Made by a program: the position numbers and the translations under genes. The notes below the pieces were generated by a model. The model made no database searches and was not told where the DNA came from. It saw nothing but the letters and a program-made list of their open reading frames with translations. Shown here in pieces: positions 17,805-27,718 of a DNA stretch of 56,887 bases. Each line of letters starts with the position of its first letter. Positions within the stretch are counted from its first letter, which is position 1. This DNA is from a virus (taxonomy: Duplodnaviria; Caudoviricetes), in the IMG/VR virus record IMGVR_UViG_3300033153_012363, positions 1 to 56,887 of that record; one strand, given 5' to 3'.

Positions 17805-18578
17805 ATGAACTTTAAACAATTTACGTCTCTTTCAATTGAAAACTCAAAAGTACTTTTATATTTAACTCTTGTAGCACAGGGAATTTTTAAATTTAATTTA
17901 ACCAAACTTAGGTCTAGCACTGATTTAAATAATAAAGAAATATTTAAGGTTTTTAAATACTTAGAAGATTTTAAAATTATTAGTTTTATCATTGACCCCG
18001 CTCAAGGCACTATTTTTTTACAAATATTTAATACAACAATCGATTTACTTTTATTTCACTGGACAATACCTACCCTTATAGATTTTAATTCTATAGTTTT
18101 TAGTAACAACCCAGAAATTATGCATTATGCAGTAAACCAGCTATATAGGAATCTTGGAAAATATGATGAGACAACAATGAGGCCTTTCTTTGATTCTGCT
18201 ATTGCCATTGTTCCAATACCGATTCCTGATGAGACTAAAAAAGCAAGAGCCGATAAAAAAGAAAGATCAGATTATCGAAGACTTAGAGATGAAAAAGTTA
18301 AAAACATAGTTGACATTTTTTATACAAGACTTCAGAAAAATATTCCAATAGTCTTAACAGAAAAATTACGAAAAATAGAACTTATGAAATCAAAAGAGTT
18401 CATTGAGCAATATCCAGAATTTCCTACTGAATATATTGATGAGGGTATTCAATGGTTCTTAAACCACATTTTCTGGGGAAACATTATAACTAACATCTCT
18501 TTACTGACTAAGCATTTTCCAAAGTTCTTAGCACAAAAAGGTATTAAGAAAACTAAATCTAAAATTAAATTTGTATAG
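17805..18578 (+). CDS. putative phage replication initiator (start revised to ATG 17805)
   Basis: N-term wHTH-like; C-term WFLNHIFWGNIITNISLLTKHFPKFLAQ resembles phage initiator C-termini; precedes loader and DnaB. Confidence 0.6.
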   Translation: MNFKQFTSLSIENSKVLLYLTLVAQGIFKFNLTKLRSSTDLNNKEIFKVFKYLEDFKIISFIIDPAQGTIFLQIFNTTIDLLLFHWTIPTLIDFNSIVFSNNPEIMHYAVNQLYRNLGKYDETTMRPFFDSAIAIVPIPIPDETKKARADKKERSDYRRLRDEKVKNIVDIFYTRLQKNIPIVLTEKLRKIELMKSKEFIEQYPEFPTEYIDEGIQWFLNHIFWGNIITNISLLTKHFPKFLAQKGIKKTKSKIKFV

Positions 18579-18580
18579 AC

Positions 18581-19069
18581 ATGAGAAAAGTATATAAAAC
18601 TTGGAATATGAGATTCACAGAGAAAGCTTTAAATAGTTTAGACTATACAAAGATTAATTCTGAATCTCAATCATTAATTAAATCTTATATTAAACAGTTC
18701 CCATTCACAAGTCACTCATTCGGTTCTTTTACTGGGAATATTTATGTAGGAAATCTTCTTTTTAATCACATTGTTGATAATATTTTTCAGAAAGTTAAGA
18801 CCAAGTGTTATAGGTTTACTAGTGTTTGGGATGAGGGTAGTGCAAATATTTCAAATGAAGATTTGGAAGTTTTATTAATCGATAATCTTCAATTTAGTTT
18901 AATGACGCCATATCAAAAACAACAGTTTGTTGAGGTTATGGACTCATTAATTCCTGTTACAAAAACAATTTTCTTAAATATTACTAGAGTAAAAGAATTA
19001 GATAATTTACCAGATGTAATACAAGATATGCTACAGTTTTCTAACTTTAATATTAGGATTCCTGAATGA
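18581..19069 (+). CDS. degenerate DnaC/IstB-like helicase loader
   Basis: Walker B-like VLLIDNL, no GKT; lies between initiator and DnaB. Confidence 0.5.
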   Translation: MRKVYKTWNMRFTEKALNSLDYTKINSESQSLIKSYIKQFPFTSHSFGSFTGNIYVGNLLFNHIVDNIFQKVKTKCYRFTSVWDEGSANISNEDLEVLLIDNLQFSLMTPYQKQQFVEVMDSLIPVTKTIFLNITRVKELDNLPDVIQDMLQFSNFNIRIPE

Positions 19070-20445
19070 TATTATATGATAATCAATATGAACAATTGGC
19101 TATAGGTATGATGATTACCAATGAGTTAGCTACATTCAAAGGTGTTTCTGAACTTATTGATGAATGTTTCTTTGACCCCAACTATCGAATTGTTTTTGCC
19201 GCTTTATCTAATTTAGTAAATAAGCAGAAAAAGATCAATATTTATAATGTAAACACAGAATTAATTTCTATAGGACAAGTCTTAAGTTTAGATGATCTTA
19301 TTTCAATTGAAGATAAATTTTATATTCCTGAAAAGTTTGACACAATCATTGATACACTTCTTGATAGAGCAAAGAAAAGGAAAGCATTAAATCAAATTAA
19401 AGTTATTGAACAAGAATTAGAAACTTCAACAACTGATTATGAAACTATTATAAAACCGATTGGTGATCTTTATAATATACACCAAGATAGTTCTCAAGAA
19501 ATTATTACAGGCAAAAACTATATTGAGGTTAGAGAACGTCATGATGAACATAAAAGAACTAGAATTCCATTATATACAGGTTATCAAGAAATTGATGAGT
19601 CATTAACTTATAAACTTAGTACTGGAGAAATTAGTGTTATAGCTGCTAGACCTTCTAATGGGAAATCAGCATTCAAAACAAACCTTATTAGAAATATGTG
19701 TCGAAGAAAAATAGGTGTTGTGAGTTATGCTTTAGAACAGACAACTGAAGTTGAAACTGACAGAATGGAATCAATTGAATCTGGTATTTCTTTAATGGAA
19801 ATTGCTAATTTAAATTTCTGGGAAAAAGCAGATCCAAGATGGGAAAAACTATTAAAAGCCCGTAATGAAATTGCATCGTGGAACTATATCTTATTAAAAG
19901 GCTTTAATAAATCTTTTTTTGAAATGCAAAGTGAGTTAAGATTTTTAAAAAGTCAGGGCATTAAGGTAGTTCTTTGGGATTTATTTGATAGAATGAAAGA
20001 CATATCAAGTTCTATAGCAAATAAAGCACAGAATGTTACAAGAATCATGAATCTATTTTTAGGTTTAGCAGATGAATTAGATATGCACTTTTGTTTCTTA
20101 GTACAATTAAATAGAAAATCTGTTGATAAAAGCGGTAAGAAAACCTCAAATACAGAAGATAGAATGCCTAAATTACATGAATTAAAAGATTCAGGAGGTT
20201 ATGAAGAAGTGTCAAGAGTAGTTTTTATATTAAACTACCCCAAACATTATGATACTAGTTTGGCCACTTCAACTTTAAGAGTTAAACTTGCTAAACAAAG
20301 TAATGGACCAACTCCTGAGTTTAAATTCAATATGAGTGAAGAAACACTAAAAATAACAGAGTCTGGATCTGAAGGTCGCGGATTAACAAAACCATCAAGC
20401 CCAAACTCAAGTTTGGGTGATTTGAAGCCTGCTAATGACGCTTAA
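19066..20445 (+). CDS. dnaB: replicative DnaB-like helicase
   Basis: N-terminal DnaB domain, AARPSNGKS, QLNR, LKDSGGYEE, KQSNGP. Confidence 0.95.
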   Translation: MILYDNQYEQLAIGMMITNELATFKGVSELIDECFFDPNYRIVFAALSNLVNKQKKINIYNVNTELISIGQVLSLDDLISIEDKFYIPEKFDTIIDTLLDRAKKRKALNQIKVIEQELETSTTDYETIIKPIGDLYNIHQDSSQEIITGKNYIEVRERHDEHKRTRIPLYTGYQEIDESLTYKLSTGEISVIAARPSNGKSAFKTNLIRNMCRRKIGVVSYALEQTTEVETDRMESIESGISLMEIANLNFWEKADPRWEKLLKARNEIASWNYILLKGFNKSFFEMQSELRFLKSQGIKVVLWDLFDRMKDISSSIANKAQNVTRIMNLFLGLADELDMHFCFLVQLNRKSVDKSGKKTSNTEDRMPKLHELKDSGGYEEVSRVVFILNYPKHYDTSLATSTLRVKLAKQSNGPTPEFKFNMSEETLKITESGSEGRGLTKPSSPNSSLGDLKPANDA

Positions 20446-21043
20446 TGAAGAACTTATAGAATTTAGTTATAGATTTTTAGAACATCCTAAAGATAAAGAA
20501 TTGATTTATTATTTTAATAAGATAAAAAGACTTTTAAAATTACAAACTTATAATGATCCGGCTGGAGTACTTCAGCCTTGTGATATAGAAAATCTTGCGT
20601 TAACAGGGTTTTGGAACGCTGTATTAAAATATGACGAAAATCGTTGGGGTAATATGATTAGTTGGTGCTATTATTTAGTAAAGCAAAATATCTTGAGAGA
20701 GCTGGGAAGAATTCAAAAATATGATAAACCAGCTTTAACTACTCTGACTGCTCCTGAATTAGAAATTGAAAATAGAGCAGAAACAGTTGACCCAGTTTTA
20801 GGTATTGTTGAAGTACCATTCGGGCAAAAGAGAGATATTCAAGTTTTTTGTTTAGATTTAGAAGAGAAAAGTTTAAAGGCTAGTTTAGCTTTCCAATTAA
20901 AACTTGCTTTTCCAAGAATGACTAGGAATTCTTTAGCAAAAATTTTGGGATTTAAACGAAGAAGCGGATTAGCAAAAGTAGTAAAAATAATAAGAGTTAG
21001 AGCAAAAATTGTTTTAGATGAAGAATTAGTTCAAAGGAGTTAA
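20435..21043 (+). CDS. sigma70-family-like phage transcription factor
   Basis: region 2-like DIENLALTGFWNAVLKYD...ISWCYYLVKQNILREL; C-terminal HTH. Confidence 0.7.
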   Translation: MTLNEELIEFSYRFLEHPKDKELIYYFNKIKRLLKLQTYNDPAGVLQPCDIENLALTGFWNAVLKYDENRWGNMISWCYYLVKQNILRELGRIQKYDKPALTTLTAPELEIENRAETVDPVLGIVEVPFGQKRDIQVFCLDLEEKSLKASLAFQLKLAFPRMTRNSLAKILGFKRRSGLAKVVKIIRVRAKIVLDEELVQRS

Positions 21044-21045
21044 TT

Positions 21046-22575
21046 ATGGCCCTTGATTTAAAAATTCGAGTTAGCAATACATATTCACACTTAAGTTTAA
21101 ATCCAGAAATATCGGCTAGAAAAGAAGCATTTATCAGAAAGTCTTTTCAAGAAATTTGTACTGGAACTTATGTTCATTTTTATGGAAAAATCCATAAAGA
21201 AGCAGTTACTAAGGAGATTCCTTTATATAGAGATTTTAAGATTCCTACTGGTTTACTATATTCTTTTACTAGTTATATTACTTCTGAGATAGAATATACA
21301 ATTACAGACTTAAGAGAGCGACATAACAATTTGCCAATACCAGTTCATTTCCCTTATGGACTTGATGAAAAACAACAAGAAGCAATTAAGTTAAGTCTAG
21401 TTAGACGTAGGGGTTATATTAAGGCAGCCACAGGTGCAGGAAAGACCTCAATTATTGCAGCTTTAATAAGTTCTATTGGTGGGCCTAGTCTTATATTAGA
21501 AAGAGGAATAGATTTAGTAGAACAAATAGCTGATGATTTATCAACGTTTTTACAAGTTAAAGTTTCTAAAATTGTAGGAAGAGATTCATTAGTAAAGAAT
21601 GGAACTGAAGACATTGTTGTAGCCTCTGTTGACACACTTTGGGCTAATATAGATATAATATTAGAAACAGGATGGCTTAATCAATTTCACAGTGTTTATG
21701 CAGATGAGGTTCATCATGCTACTTTTACAAAAGAAAAGGTAGAAAAAGAAGGTAATATAATTGTTAAAAGAATCCCACCAGGTGTTACTGGCTATTATAA
21801 AATTTTAATGTCTTGTGAGAACGCTTTTAATAGATTTGGAGTTACTGCAACAGATGAGGGTTCAGAACTTTATATTAATGCTGCATTTGGCAAAAAAATT
21901 ATTGATATTGATGAAGATTTTTTAATTGGTATTGGAAGACTCAGTAAGCCCTATGTAATTTTATATAAACGAACAGTTCCTTATTATGAAGATCATCAAA
22001 AAGCAACGATTGAGAACATTTATTTAGCTGAAAATCGTAATAGAGTTTTAATTAAAGCAATGGAAACTCTTAGAGATATGGGTTACTCATCTTTATTTAT
22101 GATAGATAGTAAAAAATATCAATTAGAGTTGATTAAAGAATGGACAGATTTTCCAATTCTTACAGGAAGTGTTAAAGGCAAAAAAAGAAAAGAAGTATAT
22201 GATAAATTACGAAACAAAGAAGTTATGGGAGCTATATTAACAGTAGGTAAAGAAGGTTTAAATCTTCCAAATGTGGATTGTATAATTAGGGCTTCAGGGA
22301 GGAAATCTATTAGATTAGTTAAACAAGAAAAAGGGAGAGGCTCAAGAAAAACAGAAACTAAATCTAAGTATTTAGTTATTGATACTTTTGAGGACGATGG
22401 AGTACAAAAAACTAGAAAACGCGGTGGCGCTTGGAGATCTAAAGAAGGTCACTTAAGAAAACAATCAAAAAGCCGTTTAGCCATTTACCAGCAAACAAAA
22501 TCTGCTGAGATCTTTATAGTAGAGAGTGAAGAAGAATTATTATCAACAATTAGGACTATATTTAATGAAAAATGA
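21046..22575 (+). CDS. SF2 (UvsW-like) helicase
   Basis: ATGAGKT, DEVHH, TAT, EGLNLP, QEKGRGSR. Confidence 0.9.
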   Translation: MALDLKIRVSNTYSHLSLNPEISARKEAFIRKSFQEICTGTYVHFYGKIHKEAVTKEIPLYRDFKIPTGLLYSFTSYITSEIEYTITDLRERHNNLPIPVHFPYGLDEKQQEAIKLSLVRRRGYIKAATGAGKTSIIAALISSIGGPSLILERGIDLVEQIADDLSTFLQVKVSKIVGRDSLVKNGTEDIVVASVDTLWANIDIILETGWLNQFHSVYADEVHHATFTKEKVEKEGNIIVKRIPPGVTGYYKILMSCENAFNRFGVTATDEGSELYINAAFGKKIIDIDEDFLIGIGRLSKPYVILYKRTVPYYEDHQKATIENIYLAENRNRVLIKAMETLRDMGYSSLFMIDSKKYQLELIKEWTDFPILTGSVKGKKRKEVYDKLRNKEVMGAILTVGKEGLNLPNVDCIIRASGRKSIRLVKQEKGRGSRKTETKSKYLVIDTFEDDGVQKTRKRGGAWRSKEGHLRKQSKSRLAIYQQTKSAEIFIVESEEELLSTIRTIFNEK

Positions 22576-22912
22576 TCAAAAAATTAGTCAAAGAACTTTA
22601 GAAGAGTATGGTATTGATAACCGTTTTCTTACAAGGATTGGATTGACTATTGCAAGTGATGGTGGAATACGACTTAAACAGTCGGTTAAAATTTATATTC
22701 CTAAACATGCGGTAGAACTTTATCAGACTATTGCTATTTATTTTAAACTTAGAGAAACTACAATCTCTAATTGGGTTAGAGGCATGCTTGAAAATGAGGC
22801 TAAAACCCTAATTAAATCAAAAGACCCTTTATTTCAAGAAGCATTAAACTTGCATAAAGAATTAAGAGAACATCAGTATTTAAAATTAATCGAGGAATCA
22901 GAAAAAAAGTAA
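22565..22912 (+). CDS. possible ribbon-helix-helix DNA-binding protein
   Basis: SVKIYIPKHAVELY...TISNWVRGML strand-helix-helix pattern. Confidence 0.5.
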   Translation: MKNDQKISQRTLEEYGIDNRFLTRIGLTIASDGGIRLKQSVKIYIPKHAVELYQTIAIYFKLRETTISNWVRGMLENEAKTLIKSKDPLFQEALNLHKELREHQYLKLIEESEKK

Positions 22913-22945
22913 TATTATATTTAACAATTATTAAAGAATTAAAAA

Positions 22946-23389
22946 ATGAAAATAGTAAAAAAAGAAGATTTAGCAAAATTATTATTAGATTATGAAACTC
23001 CCTTTGATGAGCGTAAATCTTTAGTAACTGGAGAATTCGAAATTGATTTACCAGATGATATTGAGGATGGAGAACCTTTTCTCAATTTTGTTTATGATGT
23101 TTATATGAGAACTATTGAGGAATATGAACTTCAAACTAAAGCTCTTTATAGAAAAGACAAACCAAAAGAAAGTAAGAAACATACTAAGAAGGGTTTTATT
23201 ATAGATATAATCCAGAAAAGAAGTACTTTAACATTAGAAGAGCTTCATAGAATCGTTGATTCAGAATTTGATTACTCTAAAAATGGAAAGCATCCAAGAA
23301 CCAGATGTAGAAAAGTTCTTCAACAATTAGTCGTCGAAAATAAAATTAATTTTAATGTAGAAGAACATATTATAGTATGGAAAGGTTAA
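22946..23389 (+). CDS. hypothetical protein with C-terminal wHTH-like region
   Basis: LTLEELHRIV...RCRKVLQQLVVENKI. Confidence 0.6.
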   Translation: MKIVKKEDLAKLLLDYETPFDERKSLVTGEFEIDLPDDIEDGEPFLNFVYDVYMRTIEEYELQTKALYRKDKPKESKKHTKKGFIIDIIQKRSTLTLEELHRIVDSEFDYSKNGKHPRTRCRKVLQQLVVENKINFNVEEHIIVWKG

Positions 23390-23390
23390 T

Positions 23391-24269
23391 ATGATAGTTT
23401 TAATTGATGCTGCTAATTTAGCTTTCAGAGCTTATCATACTTTTGTAAGTTTTTCAAATTCTAAAGGATACCCAACCGGTATGGTTTACGGTTTCTTTTC
23501 AATTTTAAATTCTTATGCTAATCAGTTTGGTGGTAAAGTTGTTATTACTTGGGAAGGCGGAGATCTTTGGAGAAAAGATATTTATTCCGAGTATAAAGTT
23601 AGAAGAAAAGAATTAGACCCTGAAATTAAACAGGGATTTGAAGACCTTCAAAGGCTTTGTACTTTGTGTGGTTTGTTACAAGTTAGAAAAAAGAAATATG
23701 AAGCAGATGATCTTATGTCTTTTATTGTACGACGTATAGACCGCGATATTCGAATCATCTCAAACGATAAAGATTTGATACAGCTAATTGATACTCAAAA
23801 ACAGGTTTTTCTTCTTCGTCCTTCAAAAGCAAAAGGATTAACTTTGTATAATGAAGAATCCGTAAAAGAAGAATTTAAAGTTGAAAAGTCTCAAATAGTT
23901 TCTTATCTCGCAATATGTGGAGACAAGTCAGACAACATTAAAGGAATCAGAGGGTTTGGTCCTGTTAAAACTTCTAATCTTATTAACAATAACTTCGATC
24001 CAATTGCAAAAATTAAAGAGATGTACCCAACTGAAGCTGAACGTATCGATTTAAATATCCAATTGGTTGACTTGTTAAATCCTAAAACTATGCTTAAAAA
24101 CATATCTCCAAATGATATCATTTGGGAAGAAGCAGACCTATATGCTTTGAATGAAGAATTTAGAAATTTTGAGTTTAGAAACTATAATGCCAAAGACATT
24201 ATATTGAATATGGCTAAGCCTGAAGAACAAAAATTAATTTATGATAAGTTGATTTATGAAATCGAATAA
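23391..24269 (+). CDS. 5'-3' exonuclease / flap endonuclease (PolI N-terminal-like)
   Basis: LIDAANLAFRAYH, YKVRR, EADD, SNDKDL, GDKSDNIKGIRGFGP. Confidence 0.95.
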   Translation: MIVLIDAANLAFRAYHTFVSFSNSKGYPTGMVYGFFSILNSYANQFGGKVVITWEGGDLWRKDIYSEYKVRRKELDPEIKQGFEDLQRLCTLCGLLQVRKKKYEADDLMSFIVRRIDRDIRIISNDKDLIQLIDTQKQVFLLRPSKAKGLTLYNEESVKEEFKVEKSQIVSYLAICGDKSDNIKGIRGFGPVKTSNLINNNFDPIAKIKEMYPTEAERIDLNIQLVDLLNPKTMLKNISPNDIIWEEADLYALNEEFRNFEFRNYNAKDIILNMAKPEEQKLIYDKLIYEIE

Positions 24270-24459
24270 GTATCTTATAAAAAAGTATAACAATACAGAC
24301 TTTATGTTTATGCAATATTGTCCCAATGGGAGAGCAAGGTTTACTACTAGTAAAAGAAGAGCAAAAAAATATGACTGTGAAGAAGCTATAAAAGAAACTC
24401 AAAAACTAAATGAATTAGAATATAATGTATTTTTGGAGAAAATAGATGTTAAAACTTAA
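24256..24459 (+). CDS. hypothetical protein
   Basis: 67 aa bridging adjacent genes. Confidence 0.5.
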   Translation: MKSNKYLIKKYNNTDFMFMQYCPNGRARFTTSKRRAKKYDCEEAIKETQKLNELEYNVFLEKIDVKT

Positions 24460-25054
24460 TATAGGATGTGGAATTCGACAGCGAAAAGGATTTACAAATG
24501 TAGATAAATATGTTACTAAAGTACTTATTAGACAACTTATAAAAAAAGGTAATTTACTTGCTTTAATAGAAAAAGGAAGTAAATATGTTCAAGCTGATTG
24601 GAGGGATTTACCTTTTGAAGATAATTCTGTTGATTACATTGAATCTATTGATACTATTGAACATTTTGGTTTTCGAGAAGTTAATACAGTGATAAAAGAA
24701 ACAAAACGAGTAATGAAGCCAGGAAGTATGGCGAGAATCCAAACTATAGATTTTAATGCTTTGGTTGAGCGTTGGTATAAAGAAATCACTAAACCAAAGA
24801 TTCCTCAATTAGAAGCTTATATGGATTTAATGGAGTCTATTTATGGTAACCAGAATAATGAAGGACAGTTTCATAAAATGCCTTGGACACCTGCTTATGC
24901 GCATCAATTATTTATAAAAGAGTACGAATTCTCAAGTATTAATATATTGATATTTCCAAGATTTTGTGGTAATGCACCACCGATGGAAACAGTTGATTGG
25001 GATTTTTCAAAAGTTTTTAGAAATCAAGCAATGATTATGGAGATAACAAAATGA
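24446..25054 (+). CDS. class I SAM-dependent methyltransferase
   Basis: LNIGCG, NVD, LPFEDNSVDYI, IEHF, RVMKPG. Confidence 0.85.
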   Translation: MLKLNIGCGIRQRKGFTNVDKYVTKVLIRQLIKKGNLLALIEKGSKYVQADWRDLPFEDNSVDYIESIDTIEHFGFREVNTVIKETKRVMKPGSMARIQTIDFNALVERWYKEITKPKIPQLEAYMDLMESIYGNQNNEGQFHKMPWTPAYAHQLFIKEYEFSSINILIFPRFCGNAPPMETVDWDFSKVFRNQAMIMEITK

Positions 25055-25683
25055 ACATTAAAGATTTTCCAAGTTACTATACAGAAGAACATCTTCCCAA
25101 TATGTGGAATTATATTTTTCAGCGTCAAGAAGAATTAGCAAAGAAATATAATGTTATTGAAGGTAAACAGGGTCTTCGTTGGGTTATTGAATCACCTGTT
25201 GATTTAGACGATGCTAAAGGACAACTTCAATTAAAAGATTATGCTTGGCGAATTGTTGAAGAGGTTGGAGAATCCCTCGAGTCTTACTTTGTTACCTTAG
25301 ATGAAGTAGTTCATGCTCAAGAAGAGTTAGCAGACGGATTACATTTTATAGTAGAATTAGCATTAGCAATTGGATTAAAGGCTTCTGATATTAAAGAGGT
25401 TTTTAAGTTAGAAGATTTTAATGAAGGACTTAAGCATGAACTATTTAAAATGTATACTGCAAATTTTATTATGCATCTTGGCTCGACTATAAATTGTTTA
25501 AAGTTAAAGCCTTGGAAACAAACTCATGAAAAAACAGATAAAGAAGTCTTTATCAAAAAATTTAAAATAACATTTAAACATTATATAGCTCTTATGTTGT
25601 GTATAATGGAACCTATTGATATTTTAAATCTTTATTTTAGTAAATCAGATGTCAATAAATTTAGGATTAGGAGTAATTACTAG
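25051..25683 (+). CDS. dimeric all-alpha dUTPase/dCTPase
   Basis: VEEVGE, EELADGLHF, KPWK, KSDVNKFRIRSNY. Confidence 0.8.
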   Translation: MNIKDFPSYYTEEHLPNMWNYIFQRQEELAKKYNVIEGKQGLRWVIESPVDLDDAKGQLQLKDYAWRIVEEVGESLESYFVTLDEVVHAQEELADGLHFIVELALAIGLKASDIKEVFKLEDFNEGLKHELFKMYTANFIMHLGSTINCLKLKPWKQTHEKTDKEVFIKKFKITFKHYIALMLCIMEPIDILNLYFSKSDVNKFRIRSNY

Positions 25684-25688
25684 TAATT

Positions 25689-26060
25689 ATGGCACTCTTT
25701 TTTAATTCTAATAAAAAGATTCTTAGACAAATTTTTAATCCTCCAATTATAGTAGAAAAAGATGAGATTATACGTATTGAATATGAAGGGGATAAAATTA
25801 TTTCAACAAAAGTAATAAAGGAGAAAGAAATGGCAACTTGTCAATTAGTTATATCAGTAAATGCTCAACACCTACAAAACAAAGAGATTAAGACAAACGG
25901 CACAAAGCTTTTTATTTGTAATGATGAGTATGTTCAAGCTAATGATTTTTTAACCCAAACAGAGCAATTGTTAACTGATATTTTAGCTTATTATTCGGAG
26001 CACAGTGAGTGGCCTACTGTTCAAATGCTTCCACATGAGAGTGTCAATGATAAAGAGTAA
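25689..26060 (+). CDS. hypothetical protein
   Basis: 123 aa in operon. Confidence 0.55.
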   Translation: MALFFNSNKKILRQIFNPPIIVEKDEIIRIEYEGDKIISTKVIKEKEMATCQLVISVNAQHLQNKEIKTNGTKLFICNDEYVQANDFLTQTEQLLTDILAYYSEHSEWPTVQMLPHESVNDKE

Positions 26061-26961
26061 TTATTTTCATACCATTTATCAAAAAACTTTAATGATGATG
26101 GAAGAAGAATCAATTCTTTTTGCTAAAATGAAAATGGTTGATCATTATACATTTACATTACTTGACCCAACACAATCTTTAGTAAATCTTAGAAAGAATT
26201 GGGCTTGGGCACTTCATGAAGGGATTAATAGATTATCATTTGATGATGGGGATATGCAAAATCCTGGAACAGCTTATTCGTACCGTCCAAATTGGAAAAG
26301 AAAACTTGAAAAGGAAGGGGAAAAATTTTGTTATTCGTATGGTCAAGAATATCAAAAACAGGTTTATCAAGTAATTCAAAAACTTAGAAGCAAGTCTGAA
26401 AGAGAGGCCATTATAGTTATGTGGCATGATTACTATACATTAAAAAGTATACATCAAATGATGCCCAGAAGACCTTGTACTTTAACACTTCATTTCTATT
26501 TCTTTGATGGGAAATTAAATTGTGCTTGTAATATGAGAACAGTTGATGTAATGAACATGTTACCTTATGATGTTTTCCATCATACTTTATTACAACGATA
26601 CATAGCTTCAGTTTTAAAAGTGGATATTGGAGTATTTCACTTTACTGCATCATTTGCTTATTACCAAAAGAAACGGGATATCTCAGGTTCAGTAAAAAAT
26701 ACAATAGCAAAATTAAAAGAAAACTCTGTTCCTGACGCAGAAGAGGATTGGTTATTTACTGAAGATGATCGAAAAAAACTTATAAAGTTAACCAAACTAA
26801 TTGATGATGAACATTCGAATCTTGAGAATAGATTTACTATAGACGGTTTATCTTTATATGGAGAACAATATGCAAAAGCATTGTTATATTTGTATAAATT
26901 AAAAATGTTAAAACTAAAACGCCCAGTTAAATTAAAAGAATTCGAGGTAATTTATAAATGA
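26047..26961 (+). CDS. second thymidylate synthase homologue, Asp (dCMP) type (TS2)
   Basis: YSYGQ, catalytic RPCT, MRTVDVMNMLPYD; His of the HxY motif replaced (ASFAYY); start at ATG 26047 is my choice. Confidence 0.8.
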   Translation: MIKSNYFHTIYQKTLMMMEEESILFAKMKMVDHYTFTLLDPTQSLVNLRKNWAWALHEGINRLSFDDGDMQNPGTAYSYRPNWKRKLEKEGEKFCYSYGQEYQKQVYQVIQKLRSKSEREAIIVMWHDYYTLKSIHQMMPRRPCTLTLHFYFFDGKLNCACNMRTVDVMNMLPYDVFHHTLLQRYIASVLKVDIGVFHFTASFAYYQKKRDISGSVKNTIAKLKENSVPDAEEDWLFTEDDRKKLIKLTKLIDDEHSNLENRFTIDGLSLYGEQYAKALLYLYKLKMLKLKRPVKLKEFEVIYK

Positions 26962-27230
26962 TACCAAAAGAATTTTTAGGAGCAAACAGTACTCTTAAAA
27001 AACCTAAAAATTGGAAAGATGATCAATGTTCTGATCTTCCCGTTTTCCAAGTTAATGATCCAACTCTTAAAACTCTAATCCGTACTTCTTGTTGGGAAGT
27101 TACTCCTGAAGAGATGCAAGAGATTCAAAGAACTGGAGAAGTATGGTTAACAGTTGTTGGAGCTTCTCATCCTCCAGTATTATTACAAGGAATTAGTCCA
27201 TTTAAAATAGAAGGTGTAATTGCGTCATGA
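26958..27230 (+). CDS. small conserved-type phage protein
   Basis: CSDLPV...SCWEVTPEE...GEVWL...HPPV. Confidence 0.7.
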   Translation: MIPKEFLGANSTLKKPKNWKDDQCSDLPVFQVNDPTLKTLIRTSCWEVTPEEMQEIQRTGEVWLTVVGASHPPVLLQGISPFKIEGVIAS

Positions 27231-27718
27231 TTTATATATATGAAGGAGTCGATCTAGCTGGTAAATCTACACTAGCTGAACGGCAAAGTAAAATTTCAAA
27301 TATTCCTATTATTAAAAAGAAACTTGAAGTATTTAAACACCATAAAAAGGGCTGGTTAGAAGGTCCAGAAGTAGAATTGATTACTCAAATGTTCTTTGAG
27401 TCTATATTTCCGCTTGGTGTTAAATATGACTTTATAATGGATAGAAGTTTATTATCATCTTTAGTTTATAGTAAATTCTTTCATCGAGAAGTTAAATTAG
27501 ATTATATTTATGAATACCTTAAAGGAGAAAAAAGCAATTCTATTCATATTAATTACGTTCATTGTTCTGATAAAGTATTACAAGAACGATATCTTGATAG
27601 AAAAGAAATCCTTTTTAGATTTGAAGAACTTGTTACTATTCAAAATATATATCATCAAGTAGTTAAGACTTTAATTGACAGTGGAGTAGAGAATATAAAG
27701 GTAATAGCAAATGAATAA
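27227..27718 (+). CDS. dNMP (thymidylate-kinase-like) kinase
   Basis: EGVDLAGKST P-loop, DRSLLSSLVY. Confidence 0.85.
   Translation: MIYIYEGVDLAGKSTLAERQSKISNIPIIKKKLEVFKHHKKGWLEGPEVELITQMFFESIFPLGVKYDFIMDRSLLSSLVYSKFFHREVKLDYIYEYLKGEKSNSIHINYVHCSDKVLQERYLDRKEILFRFEELVTIQNIYHQVVKTLIDSGVENIKVIANE

Noticed and set aside
17564-18578. Long overlap between 17564..17992(-) and 17637..18578(+)
   Set aside because: Internal ATGs at 17737(-) and 17805(+) give non-overlapping divergent genes; the extensions look like antisense shadows.
24446-25054. Class I methyltransferase as the Cx-SAM synthase CmoA
   Set aside because: It lacks the CmoA N-terminal FD..VA..F.DM..RSVP.Y signature and looks like a generic Methyltransf_11-type protein. 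Any Cx-SAM would have to come from the host or another locus.
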